Below, one piece after another: positions 40,501-53,224 of a stretch of 64,000 nt of DNA (the first letter of the stretch is position 1; every line of letters begins with the position of its first letter). Below the pieces are notes generated by a model that did no database searches, was not told the origin of the DNA, and worked only from the letters and a program-made list of their open reading frames with translations. The translations under genes were made by a program, and so were the position numbers. The DNA comes from Mobula hypostoma (lineage: Eukaryota), in NCBI RefSeq assembly GCF_963921235.1, contig NC_086108.1, forward strand, positions 24,180,001 to 24,244,000, in the 5' to 3' direction.

Positions 40501-43355
40501 TCTAGTGGTGGTGTAGATCCATGATTCTGTAAAAGAAAATCAATCTGATAATCCCTTACAACATAGTGATGCAAAACACAATAAACTGCTGTAAGAATAG
40601 TTCTTTTCTCCAGTTTCCAAATTCTTCAGTCACTTGTGTCTCCATGAATTTAATAATTATCAGTGCTCAAGTTGTTTATGAGAGTGTATACTGATGGCAT
40701 ACAGATAGTGTTTAATTTAAACTCAGTTTGTACTCCCACATCAAGCATTCTCATTCCGGATAAGGGAGAGATTAAGGCTTAAATAAGATGCTCTCTATAC
40801 TGATTGGTATACATCTAATGCTTACTCCAGATCCAAAAGAGAGTTTTATCTTTTACCCCACAGGGATGTTGCTGGCTATCCAGTTATTTCAAAGACCATT
40901 CAGAAACATTAAAGCCTCTTCCTCAACCATCATGTACATTTAAACAGATATGACAATCTGACTAACGCATGTTAAAACATTTCAAGAAACAAAAAGACTA
41001 CCCAGTATTTCACTTATTACAGCTGCTGACAATTCCAACAAAATAATTCGCTGGGGAGTTGAACATTGAGTTATTGGATTCAGTAAATGCACTCAATCAG
41101 CAGGCATTACATGCTTCAGCAGGCACATTACTCACATCATTGAAGACATTACAGTGGTATTAAGTACCCATTAAACAATGGGTGTCTCAGGAACCGGTTG
41201 CTCCAATCAGATTTATATCGATGTGATAGAATCTAACAAACAAATTGATTAGCCACTTTTTACCCTATCCAAAACAATATAGACCCTGGAAATCTGAAAT
41301 AAAAATGAAAATACAGCAAATAGTCAGCCCCTGTTGAGAGTCCTGACTTAACACTGTCAAAATGAAACATTAATCCAATACCTTTGCTGCACAACCTACT
41401 GGGTACTGCCAGAATTCTGTTTTTATTGGTTAATTGCAGATTCAATACACAGGCTCCTGCATGTAGACTCCAAGAGCTTACATTGTTTTTCTTCCCTCAA
41501 AGAATTGGTCAAAATTCAATCTACTATTATGACAACTGTCAAAGAAAAAAAGACTCTTCCTCCTCAGAAGGTTATAAATTACTCTGTCGACTCACAGAAA
41601 GTTAAATGTTCACAACCACCTGCTCAAAAACAAATGAATGCATGGAGGAGCAGAAAGGAGTGAGACTAGTACAAACAGCCCCTCCTGATATGCTTTACCT
41701 GGTGTTCCTCTGTGCCTGTTAGAATTAGCTTTGTTTATGTCAAGGGGTGCTGGCAAAACACTTTTGCAATTGATAGGCTGTGGTGGAGACTTCCCTCTTG
41801 AGCAGTTGGAATCCATGTAACAATGGTATTGCCAAAGGAATAACAGATTCGTACATAATGACTTCTAAAATGGATGAACAAATGCTGGTGTTGTCAGTCA
41901 TGTCTAAATCTTAAAACATGACATGCACTTGCATATCAGGAATGGGTATGGATGGGAGTGGGATCTGCAACTGATACTGCTGACAAAGACTAAAATGCAC
42001 TACAGCTTGGAAGAATAATAAGAGAAATAATTGCAATAGTCTGACTGGGTAGATGCAGTGCAAAGCTTTCAGACTGGAGGTTCTGGAAATGGGGACTGAA
42101 GTAGAAATGGCTGATTCTTTATTCAGAAACTGAGAACCATTTTCACTCAGAAACACTGTTAATCTTTGTAACTGTCTTACAGAGGAATGTGAACAATTAA
42201 CTATTAATTAAAAACAATTAATTAAAATGTATAGCAGTATTATGATTGTTTATTTTTTTAATATCTGTTGAATGATCTAGACATTTACGACCCGTTCAGA
42301 TTGCCTATGAAGTCAGTGGTTCTCCAGGCCATTTCTCAGGGCAGTTCAATCAGCAACAATGCTCTAGGTATTTAGTCACATAGACTCCGTGATGGCAGCT
42401 AATGTTGGTTTCCCTTTTCAAGGTAACAGTGAATTGGGTGGGGTGGGGGGGGGGGTGCGGTTCACAACAATGTGGTTGTCACACACTCACTCTCACTGAT
42501 ACTAAATTTATTCCAGGTTAATTTAATTGCCGAAATTTAAATTTCCCAGTTGTCATGGTGGCCCTGGATCGTGAATTCTCTCAGTGGAAACCAGTTCAAT
42601 AACATAACAACAGTTTGACAAATTGCATCCTCTCTGCTCATCCACATAACCATGCAATATTCTGACAGCAGCGTTTCAGGGTTAGTGGTTTGGACTTGTT
42701 ATATGTCTCCGATAAACTGGGTAAAAAGATAGTGGAGGGAACTAGCCAACATGTTACTCAGAGAGTTTCTCATTTTACCTGCAAAAAGAACAGACTCAAT
42801 CTGTTAAAACACACAGACACAGCAAGTATGAAACAACCTCCATTCAGTTCTTTTGACTCAAAGAGTAATTATCATTCTGGCTGGTAATGCAGAGATGACA
42901 TGACCAATGGGAAAGAGAACATGTATTCCACAGTCAGACCGAATAATAAATACTTCAAAGGACACAATGTCTTCTGAAGCTGCTGTAGCTCTATGAATCT
43001 TTGAATAGCTCAGACTGAATTGATTTGAATAAAAGTATAGAGCTTATCCATTTGCAAACATTTGAAACATTGATAAAATGAAGACTACATTCAAAACAAT
43101 CAATTGAGAGTGTCTCGGTTACCTGTTGCAATCTTTAAACATATGAGCTTTCCCATCACACTAGATTTGCTTTTGTAAAATGACATGGATGGGACACTGA
43201 GAAAGACTGGGACAGTGTGCAAAGTCAAAGTTGAGTTTATTGTATGCATATGTGCAATGAAAGTTTTACTTGCAGCAGCATCCCAGACACATAGCATCAT
43301 TTTAGCACCATTCACAAGAAATAAACGGAGCACAATTACGTAGCAACGGACTTAC

Positions 43356-43411
43356 AATCCAACAAGAAGTCCTTTAATAAAAACCAAGTTGTCAGGTTTT
43401 TTAGGTGCTGC
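43356..43411 (-). other. Candidate 56-nt internal exon of an unidentified gene
   Basis: Acceptor TTTTTTTATTATTTCTTAG and donor GTAAGT in non-repeat sequence; two frames open. Confidence 0.35.
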
Positions 43412-43724
43412 CTAAGAAATAATAAAAAAAAGGGACAAACTAATAATTAAATGAAATAATTTGTATTTTGAAAATAATGCAGGCTTAAAAAAGAAGACAA
43501 GGGGAATGTGTTGAGGGTTTACACATGTTGGGCATGTGGGAAAAAATAATTTAGACAGGAACACTCTGATGAGGTACATCTTCAAAACGACATGAAAATG
43601 GAGGACTGCAGTATATCAAGATGAGAGATGGTCTACCATAGTAAAAAAAATCAGCAGTATTAATCAAATAAAAGAGCAAAGCTCAAAACATGTTAATAGA
43701 ATCAACAGCTCTGAATGCTATTTA

Positions 43725-43870
43725 TATGAGACTCCTGGATAGGTACATGGTGCTTAGAAAAATAGAGGGCTATGGGTAACTCGAGGTAATTTCTAAATTG
43801 AGTACATGTTTGGCACAGCATCATGGGCTGAAGGGCCTGTACTGTGCTGTAGGTTTTCTATGTTTCTATG
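43725..43870 (+). mobile_element. CR1 3' tail fragment
   Basis: Matches the end of 44525-44810. Confidence 0.75.
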
Positions 43871-44524
43871 TACTGTGGGTCTTTTCGACACTGACAGTGA
43901 TGGTATTTACTTCTTTATGAGATGCTCAGTATATATGATGAAATAAGAGTTCAGTAGATTGGAAATATAACAACTGCAGGAGTGCAGGACTCCAACTGTA
44001 ACTACATTGAATTTGATTCAGATGTTGTCCTGGTTCTTTGGCATGGAAGTGAGGTCATGAGTGGCACATATTCTTCAGAGGAACAGAATGCAAGAGTGGA
44101 AACTTGGCAGAGAACTGACCATTATAATACCATCTCACCAGACTCTTTTTTATCTGATCCAAAGTTTTTTTTACAATTCAGACCTCTGAAACCATAGAAT
44201 ACTCTATTCTTCTAGCCCAGTATTTAAAGTGCAATCCAAAAACTGAAGGACCAGTTCCAAAATCACTGATCTACCAGCTTTGCATTGCAACTATCACCTC
44301 CGTGACTGTTTTCAACTGAACGGTCATGTTAAATATTAAATCTAAAGAGACTGTCAGGACTTACTAAACTTCAAATTTTGCTGTTCATATATCATTAAAG
44401 GTATAAGCGTGTTGTCTGTCTACACTTATACAAGTATGCAATATATCACATTTTTCAGCAGTAATTACTACATAACACCTGTTTTTTCCCCAACAACTTC
44501 TTAGCCAACACCAGCACCATGTTA

Positions 44525-44810
44525 AAACTGAGAGGGCACAGTTTTAAGGTGCTTGGAAGTAGGTACAGAGGAGATGTCAGGGCTAAATTTTTCACACAGA
44601 GAATGGTGAGTGTGTGGAATAGGCTGCTGGTGACAGTGGTGGAGGTGGATTCAATAGGGTCATTTAAGAGACTCCTGGATAGATATATGGAGCTTGGAAA
44701 AATAGAGGGCTATGGGTAACCCTAGGTAATTTCTAAAGTAAGTACATGTTCAGCATAGTATTGTGGGACAAAGGGTCTGTATTGTGCTGTAGGTTTTCTA
44801 TTTTTCTGTA
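44525..44810 (+). mobile_element. CR1 3' fragment
   Basis: RGHSFKVLGSRYRGDVRAKFFTQR..FKRLLDRYM. Confidence 0.85.
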
Positions 44811-45386
44811 TAACTTAAAACTTAACCTCTTTTCTCTCTTTTGCATTTTGTTGAAGGGCCTTTGATCTGAAACAGATGCTGCCTAACCTGCTGAGTTTTT
44901 CCAGCATGTTCTGTTTTATCTCAGATTTCCAGCATCTGCAGTTTCTAAATTGATTTTTGACTTCTTGAGGTCAGATTTCACTGCCCCTTTGAGTTTGGGC
45001 ATGGAATGCTTGCTTCTCCTTCAGGTCTTTTTGTGGCCTACATTTCTGGGATTATTTTTGTGAGAGAAATGAAATGGAAATGCATATGACCATATTTTCA
45101 ATTGTGCATCAGGTTGCTGTGACCTCACAAAATACTTTCCAGTCATATTGTATTCATTTTACTAGACTGCTTCAAAGAAGCTATATGTTCAATGGAAAAG
45201 CAAAAAGACATAAAGGAACATTTCTATAATAGTGCTGACTCCTAGTGCCATAGAATTCATCTGACTTAGATTGCATAGTAGATGTCACCAGAACAGCAGA
45301 GAAGCTGCTCCACACACACACACAACTTTGCTGGTGGAAACTCTGCTCCACTAAGTGTTGTTTCTTTCGGTTGGCAGACAAACTTG

Positions 45387-46595
45387 AATCATCATCATCA
45401 TTATATGCCGTGGGCAATCGTGGTCTTAAGCACGATTGCTCTTGGCAAATTTTTCTACAGAAGTGGTCAACCATTGCCTTCTTCTGGACAGTGTCTTTAC
45501 AAGACACCCATTATGAATATGTAACCAGGTGACTATTGAATATAATTTTTTATTGTTAAAATGCACCTTGGTAATGCTAAAATAGCTGCCTGTGTCTTTA
45601 AGAGAAAACGGTGACATCATTTTGCATGCATGGAGTAGAACGAAAAGTTGCCATGTTCTAGAGGGAATGTTGTTTGGGTGCTTTTCCCAGGTTTGGTGAG
45701 GAAAGGTGAAATATTTGATAATATCCATGTAAATTTGTTGATACTTGTTTGTAAATCTAGAACATCAGTAATTTGACATGTGTTATATGTGGATGCTTTA
45801 GATTTTCGCGACTAAATTCATTAGTGTTAGAATAGCGTGGTTGTGTGAATTTCCTTATCAGCCAAATGGGTTAGTCTTTTCAGTAATTCAACTATAAGGC
45901 AATAAAAGTTTTTGTAAACGTTTCTTTTTGCCTTTCTTTATTGTTTCATGACTGAAATTGAATGTAACAGAGTAATGTGAATGTGTTAATCTGTGTTCAT
46001 GTAGCATGAGCGAGGAGAACTTGTTTCAAGGTAAGGAGATGTATTTATTCATATTTTTGATATTGTGTCTAAGGTGCAGGGTTGGTGGGATTCTAATGTT
46101 GTTTGTATTGTTTTTTTTAAGAATTGCCACTACTGTATTGGTTTTGTATATTTTGTTTTATTTATTTTCATACCGCTTATGCAACAAGGGTGTGGACTGA
46201 AATTAAGCTGAGATTGTAACAGCAAGAACTGTGCTTTTTAAAAAAATCGATTTTGTAATTTTATTTTGATACCCTCTTTCTGCATTAAAACATCTAAAAC
46301 AGATTAAGGAATTAAGGAACCAAAAAAGTATTTGTTGTCCTGCGTGTGTAATTTTACCCAGGCTACAAAAAATACTCTTCAGAGATTGTCTGCCTGGTGT
46401 TAGTGGTCACATAACCAACATTTGCGATATGAACCAGCTACACATATGAACATCCAATACCCGCTCCCACGGCTTCACATGACCCTGATCGGAGACTAAG
46501 CAGGTGCTACACCTTGCCCATGGGTGACCTGCAGGTTATTGGAGGGAAGGAGCATCTAACACCTTCTTTGTTAGAGATGTATTTCCACCCTGCTA
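45387..46595 (-). mobile_element. Non-coding retroposon with (GAT)n tail, split by an LTR-like insert
   Basis: (CAT)n at about 45388-45401 on +; flanks appear to join as ...cattatgaata/aatactcttcagag. Confidence 0.5.
45520..46367 (+). mobile_element. Probable solo LTR, AT-rich
   Basis: TGTAACCAGG...CCAGGCTACA imperfect inverted ends; AATA on both sides (45516-45519, 46371-46374); ATTAAA near the 3' end. Confidence 0.55.
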
Positions 46596-46689
46596 CTAAA
46601 CTTTCCATTATTCACTTTAAAAAGTAAATTTACTATTTCATCTATTTCTTTTGTGGACATTAGATAGCCCCTGCCATGGACACAACTCG

Positions 46690-46860
46690 ATGACAAAAGC
46701 AACAGACAATCAAAAGTACAAAGTCAAATAATAATCTTTTCTAGAGGAGTACAGACACAGTTTCTTCTCTGTGCCTAGTAGTGGAGGTAAATGCTTCTGC
46801 TTAGTATGTGACAAGTTAATAGCTCATTTAAAAAAAATCAATTATTAAAAGCAACAAGTA
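46690..46860 (+). pseudogene. Possible hAT (Charlie/SPIN-like) transposase N-terminal zinc-finger relic
   Basis: KVK**SFLEEYRHSFFSVPSSGGKCFCLVCDKLIAHLKKINY. Confidence 0.4.
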
Positions 46861-48254
46861 AAATTGACTTATTCTCCAGCACACAAAAGAGTGCTTTGAA
46901 TTGCGGTCTCAAGCGCAGAGCCCAACTTCATGGAGTCTGTGTCTCAAAGGGAGAACCACACATCAAATTGACAGCTAGATGTTTAAAGAGATGCAGTCTG
47001 TCAGTTAGTTTTTATAGATAATCCAATAAAAATTAGTTTTTATTGGACTACCAATACTTTCAGTGAAAAATTTCAAGATTTGGCTGCAATCTTTAATATC
47101 TAATGCAGTTACAAGTGCATGTTTGGTGTGGATCTTCGTGCGTATGGTGATTGTAGCTGTAGTCCCAGAACTGAAAGGGCTATTAGTTTAGGGTTTCTCT
47201 TTAGCAAATGTTTATTTCATGATCTACAATTAATTCTTCTGGCCTTGTTATTTCCAGAATACTTGATGGTTAAGAGATTTGTGATTTACCACAATTCATT
47301 TCCTCCCCTGCTTTTGCAATTTTAATATCATAATCAGATAAGGTGCCCACAACTGATTTCTCCGTGCTCTCACTGCACTGTCATAAACTTCAGCTTCTGA
47401 CAATTGTCACCAAATATAGAACCTAAAATGTATGAAGACGACTCTAGCTAACAGCAAATAATGTTTGTTGTCCAGGCACTGGGAACTTTGAGCTGAACTG
47501 CACCAACTATTTGAGCAAATCAAAGAATATTGATCCTGAACTGCAGATTTAAAAAGCTTTGCTGATTTTAGGCGAAGCTTAGGCTTCAATTAGGATCATG
47601 CAGCTGTTTACATCTGTATTTTATGGACTGATTTTAATATGATTTCCAACATTTAGATTAATTATAGATTAAGTATTGAGTTACTGTAGGTGTTCCAGCT
47701 ATTGCAGTATACAGTACATCTGACATAAAAGTGACACAATCTACCCGACTGCATTACTTCCCAAATCCTTTGACCCTGCACAGCTTGCACAACTTCCTGT
47801 TAACTGTCACTATCTCTGATTCCTGATATGAAATTACAATAGTGAACCATCAAAACTTAAACTTGTATGCAAAAAGTAAGTTTTTGTTGTTGGACCATTG
47901 TGTCTCCTTAAGTAGCTGCATAAATGTGTTTTGAACAACTTAACGCTTGCACACAGTAACTTTTCCATCAAGGTAAGTCTTCTTCACAAACCTATCTTTC
48001 AGAGCTGCCATCGTTTTCACTTCTTTCTACTGCGCCCCCATCTTTCTACTGAGAAGTGGCAGTGCTGAGATAATTAAAGCTGACACCATTATTTTCCACA
48101 ACTCTATGAATGATTAGTCCATCTGGTTAAATAAGAGATAGCTCCAATGTGACCTGCTCTGCACTTATACCCAACAAAGTAAATCAGTGGAAGGGAAAGA
48201 AAATATAGCCTTTTGACTAACCTAAAAATACACCCAAATTCTGCACTGAGTGTG

Positions 48255-48390
48255 GAAGAGATAGGAGCAGAATAAGGCCATTGAACCCATTGCGTCTGCT
48301 CTGCTATTTGATCATGGCTGATTTGTTATCCCTGTTAGTGCCATTTTCCTTCTCCCCATAACACCAATCAGGAACCTTACTAATCAAGAT
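48255..48390 (-). mobile_element. CR1 3' tail remnant
   Basis: ATAGGAGCAGAATAAGGCCATT..GATCATGGCTGAT, like 25400-25540. Confidence 0.6.
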
Positions 48391-48921
48391 GGTGCTGATA
48401 AGTGATGATTCTTTGTGTGCAGTTCCGAGGGGAATCATCAGATATTCCTGTTTAGGACCACTACTGCTGAAATCCACAGTTACAGCCATGGGTACTTCAA
48501 TAACCAACATTGTTTTAAGATGCTTAAAAAGTTGGTCCTCAAAATTCCTAGGCAGCAGAGGAAGTAAGGCAAGCAGATTAGTCCGCAAGTATGATTGAAA
48601 CACAAAACCCTTAGACCCTCATTCCTGATGATCCTGCTGGCAAATGTACAATCTCTGGAAAATAAAACTGAAGAACTCAAAACAGGACTGCAGTACCAGA
48701 GACTGCTGTGTAGTTTGCTTCACGGAAACATGGCTCACCTCCACCACTTCGGATGCAACGTGGCAGCACGAGGGCTTCACTATCCATTGCAAAGACAGAA
48801 CAGCTGAGTCTTTTAAAGGTAAAGGAGGTGAAGTATGCTTCATGATTAATTCATCATTTTGCACAGTTGCAGCAGTTCTGTTTCAAACCTGCTCACCCAA
48901 CCGGGAACATCTAGTAGTCTA

Positions 48922-49611
48922 GGAGGGGAGGAGAAGATGGCGGTAGGACGCAGCACGCTCGGCCGCTCTGAAATGATATTGTATTTGTAAGTAGGTACTG
49001 TGCATAATCCTGATTTGATGGAGACAGACGTGAGAAGCACGGAGGAAAATCTGGAGAAACTTCTAAAATGCCCACTTCACTGCCGCTGCTACTGTGCGAT
49101 CGAGAATCTCTGGAGGGGAAGGCCCCAAATCCTCGGCTTTGCCTATTGCCTGTTGCCGGAGCCAGGGTCGAAGCATTCGGCAGAGATGGTGCTCGGTGTC
49201 GGAGGGCTGGTCGGAGGCTCGAACTTTTCAGACAGAGTCATGAGTCGGCTGTGGTTAGGTACTTCCAGGGTGCTGCATCGGCAAGTTTGCGGTGCTGGTA
49301 GCTCATGGCAGGGAGAGTTCTGCTTCCTTCTACCATCTGCGTGAGATGTTGGGACTTTCGAGAAAATTTGAGACTTTTTTTACTGTGCCCATGGTCTGTT
49401 CCTTATCAAATTACGGTATTGCTTTGCACGGTTGTAACTATATGTTATAATTATGTGATTTTTTTTTGTCAGTTTTCAGTCTTGATTTGTCTTGTGTTTC
49501 TGTGATATCATTCTGGAGGAACATTGTATCATTTCTTAATGCATGCATTACTAAATGATAATAAAAGAGGACTGCGTGTCCTCATAATCTAATCTAATCT
49601 AATCTAATCTA
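48922..49611 (+). mobile_element. Non-autonomous retroposon with (AATCT)n tail
   Basis: GC-rich head starting GGAGAAGATGGCGG, no recognisable ORF, AATAAA then microsatellite tail; interrupts host at EHLVV|..PFYLP; 3' part repeated at 57750-57976. Confidence 0.75.
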
Positions 49612-49889
49612 AATATTGTCCATTTTATCTGCCAAAGAAGTTTTCTGCTATCATCCTGGTAGCAGTGCACATTCCACCTCTAGCCAATGTCAGGAAGGCA
49701 CTTGGAGGAGCGTAACACTATGATCAGCAGTCACAAAACAGTGGACCCTGATGACTTCTCTATCATTTTTGGTGATTTCATCCAGACCAGCTTGAGGAAG
49801 TCTGAACAACTACTACCAAAGGAATGTTGGAACCAAAGAAGCCAACATTCTTGGCCACTGTTATACCATGATGAAGAACACTTACGATA

Positions 49890-50749
49890 TGTGACGAGAA
49901 TACACATAAATTAAGATGTTTGCTGGCCTGGGCTAGCATCAGTGGCATCAGCAGTGGTCTGCCACCTGTCCTCAGGGGAAGGAGAGATAAGGAACAATGA
50001 AGCAGCATCTGGAGATGTGTAATGAAGGGACGGGAGAGAGAGCTATCTAGAGCGGCTCCCCCTTTGAAGCCTGAACTGTTTGAAGTGATGGACAGGTGAT
50101 ACCCCAGCAGGGGGATAAAAAGGGACAGGTTCGCTAAGGCAGCACACACACGACACCCGAGGTAACGAGACCCTGGAAGTGGTGCGCCTCTCATGAGTCG
50201 GTGGGAAGTACTGGGCCTTAAACACACAGGGTGGAAAGGTACGATCAGTGGGAACCCGGTGTGTGTCCACCCTCGCTTGGGTGCCGGGTTCACTGCAGAG
50301 GATCGACCGCATCTGGAGGAGGGGTCACAGTCGGTGACCTCAGGTGACATCACAAAGGACCTGCCCGAAAGCTGCTTGTGAGCAATGTCGCCGGTCTGTG
50401 AGTGGAAACCGTTTCTGAATGATCGGTCGTTCTCGTTCTCTCTCTCCCTCCCCCCACGTCGTCCATCGCCAAGGCAACGATTACTGCGAACTGAACTAAA
50501 TCGAACTGGACTTTTGTGTCACTTTGAAATTGGTCATTTACCCCTAGACAACGATAGAGCTTGATTGATGCTGTTATCTTAATTCTGTGCACATGTGTGT
50601 TTATCATTGCTGAACTGTTGCATTTATTATCCTTTCGATTACTGTGTTGCTTGTTTCTTTAATAAAACTTTCTTAGCTCTAGTAATCCAGACTCCAACTG
50701 AGTGATCCATTTCTGCTGGTTTGGCAACCCAGTTACGGGGTACGTAACA
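49890..50749 (+). mobile_element. Solo LTR, same family as 8605-9464
   Basis: TG...CA, 860 bp, exact TSD GATA (49886-49889, 50750-50753). Confidence 0.93.
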
Positions 50750-51154
50750 GATAGTATAACATACCTGCACTTTGGAAAGTCCAATTGAATGGCTGTACTT
50801 TGAATCCTAGCATACAGGCGGAGACTAATGACCACAGCACCAGTGATGAGGACCAAGAAGGTATGGAGAAGGAGGGCAGAGGAACGTTTACAGGACTGAT
50901 TTGAGTCAGTGGACTGTATGGTATTCAAGGATTCATCTTCAAATCTGAATGAATATGCCACAGTTGTCACTGATTTATCAAGATCTGTGTGGATGAGTGG
51001 GTGCCCCTGAGAACATACTGGACATACGTAAACCAAAAGCCATGCATGAACAAAGAGATTCATAGTCTGTAGAGGGCAAAATGCATTGCATTCAAGACCA
51101 GTGATCCAAAACTATAAGCAGAATCCAGATATAACCTACAGAAGATTATTTTAA

Positions 51155-51621
51155 AGGTTACGGAGGAGATTTACCAGGATGCTGCCTGGTTTAGAGAGTA
51201 TGCATTATGATCGGAGATTAAGGGAGCTAGGGCTTTACTCTTTGGAGAGAAGGAGGATGAGAGGAGACATGATAGAGGTGTACAAGATAATAAGAGGAAT
51301 AGATAGAGTGGATAGCCAGCGCCTCTTCTCCAGGACACCACTGCTCAATACAAGAGGACATGGCTTTAAGGTAAGGGGTGGGAAGTTCAAGGGGGATATT
51401 AGAGGAAAGTTTTTTACTCAGAGAGTGGTTGGTGCATGGAATGCACTGCCTGAGTCAGTGGTGGAGGCAGATACACAAGTGAAGTTTAACAGACTACTAG
51501 ACAGGCATACAGAGGAATTTAAGGTGGGGATTACATGGGAGGCAGGGTTTGAGGGTTGGCACAACATTGTGGGCCAAAAGGCCTGTACTGTGCTGTACTA
51601 TTCTATGTTCTATGTTCTATG
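51155..51621 (+). mobile_element. CR1 3' fragment, same subfamily as 14803-16475
   Basis: Near-identical to 16010-16475; (TTCTATG)n tail. Confidence 0.92.
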
Positions 51622-51969
51622 TCAAGAGTGAAAAACAATTCCAATTGAAGTTAGAGATGAAATCACGTGCATGTCAGCTTTGGCAGGATTTTCAAGCCAT
51701 TAGTTCCTCCAATGTGAAACGTATGAATGACTGTGATATTTCGCTCCCAGATGAGTTCAACGACGTTTATGCAGGAAGGAAGGTAGAATAAAAGTAATCC
51801 TGTGAGAATCCCTGCAGCATTGGATGACCCCGTGATTTCTGTCTTGGAGACAGCATGTGAACATCTTTCGAGATGATAAACCCTTGCAAGGTGACAGGCC
51901 TTGATGGAATACCTGGTAGCGCACTGAAAACGTGGAGGGAGCATTAAAAAAACGTCCTTAATCTCTCAG

Positions 51970-53224
51970 TGTCATAAGGGGGGCACTGGGAGTGGACCCA
52001 AAAGCAAGACACAGACACTGAAGTACTAGGAACAGGACTAGCTGTGTCAAGCAAGCAGGGGAAGTGGGGAAGAAACGATGCTGGACAAGACACAGGCCCT
52101 GGACGAGGCTAGGATACCGGGCCTGGGCTAGGACTAGACTAGGAAAGCAGGACCTGGACGGGGAACAAGGAACTTGGAACCTGGACAAGGACTCCGAGCC
52201 AGAGACTGGACAGGGACCCGGAACCTAGGTCTTGACTCGGGTTCAGACCCCGGACCTAGGCGAGGACAAGATGTGGCTACAGGATGAGGAGTTGCAACAG
52301 GACTGTACGTGAGACTCCTTGACAGGTCGAGGGAACACCAGCACTGGGCTGGGCGAGGTACTCCTGGGCTGGTTGAGGCACATGGACAGGACGAGAACAC
52401 AAAGCCTTGACTTGGTCGAGGGAGACAGTGATGCAGAGCCCTGGTCGAGGGAGACAGGGACACAGAGCCTTGGTCGAGGGAGAACAGGAACGCAGAGCCT
52501 TGGTCGAGAGAGAACAGGAATGCAGAACCTTGGTTGAGGGAGAACAAGAACATGGAACACAGAGCCGGGACCCCTCCTTGGGATCAGGACTTGGGGCCGG
52601 GGCTCTACACAGAGTCAGGACTCAGAACCCCTCCTAGGGTGCAGGACATAGGGCCGGGACTCATACACCAAACACTGAGAGACAGATCTCCACTGAAGGT
52701 AGTGGCAAATGGCTGGATCTACCCAGTGGAGGCGAGGGTACAAAGAGACAGTTCCCAACACAAAGAGGCGGCAAATGGCCGGATTTACCTAGCAAAGGCA
52801 TGGACACAGAGACAGTTCCCAACTCAAGGTAGCGGCAAATGGTTGGACCTACCTAGCGAAGGCATGGACACAAAGAGACAGTTCCAAACAACGAAGGACA
52901 GTTCCTTATCTAGACACATCAAGGCCCTAGTCTTGCCCTGGTGGTTGAACCTAATGGCATTACAGGTGAGGACACAGGCGAAGGTAGCAGGTGAGGCTTT
53001 AGGCAAAAGTAGCAGACGAGGCTTCAGAAGGAAGGGGAAGGGAAGGGACCAGTCCAGCAACTGAAGTTGAACCCAGGAGCTGTTTATGTAGCCAGCCCAA
53101 AATGAGAATCATGTGCCTCAGTTAAGGCACACAACAGGACAAGGGAAAAGCAGAAAACCTGGAATAAGGATTAATGGACAGGTCCATGAACCGGAATGCG
53201 GATTTCATGGACCAGACCATGACA
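51970..53224 (-). mobile_element. Solo LTR (1255 bp, probably Gypsy) with internal minisatellites
   Basis: TGTCAT...ATGACA inverted ends; 5-bp TSD CTCAG/CTGAG (one mismatch); orientation inferred. Confidence 0.78.
52411..52560. repeat. Minisatellite, 29-30 bp unit, 5 copies
   Basis: CTTGGTCGAGGGAGAACAGGAACGCAGAGC-like units. Confidence 0.85.

Noticed and set aside
43565..43600. Additional hammerhead at CTGATGA
   Set aside because: No stem II followed by GAAA and no stem I pairing
52134..52553. Repeat protein (FLFSLDQGSA)n or CRISPR-like array
   Set aside because: Translation of a 30-bp minisatellite in an LTR; no unique spacers; eukaryotic context
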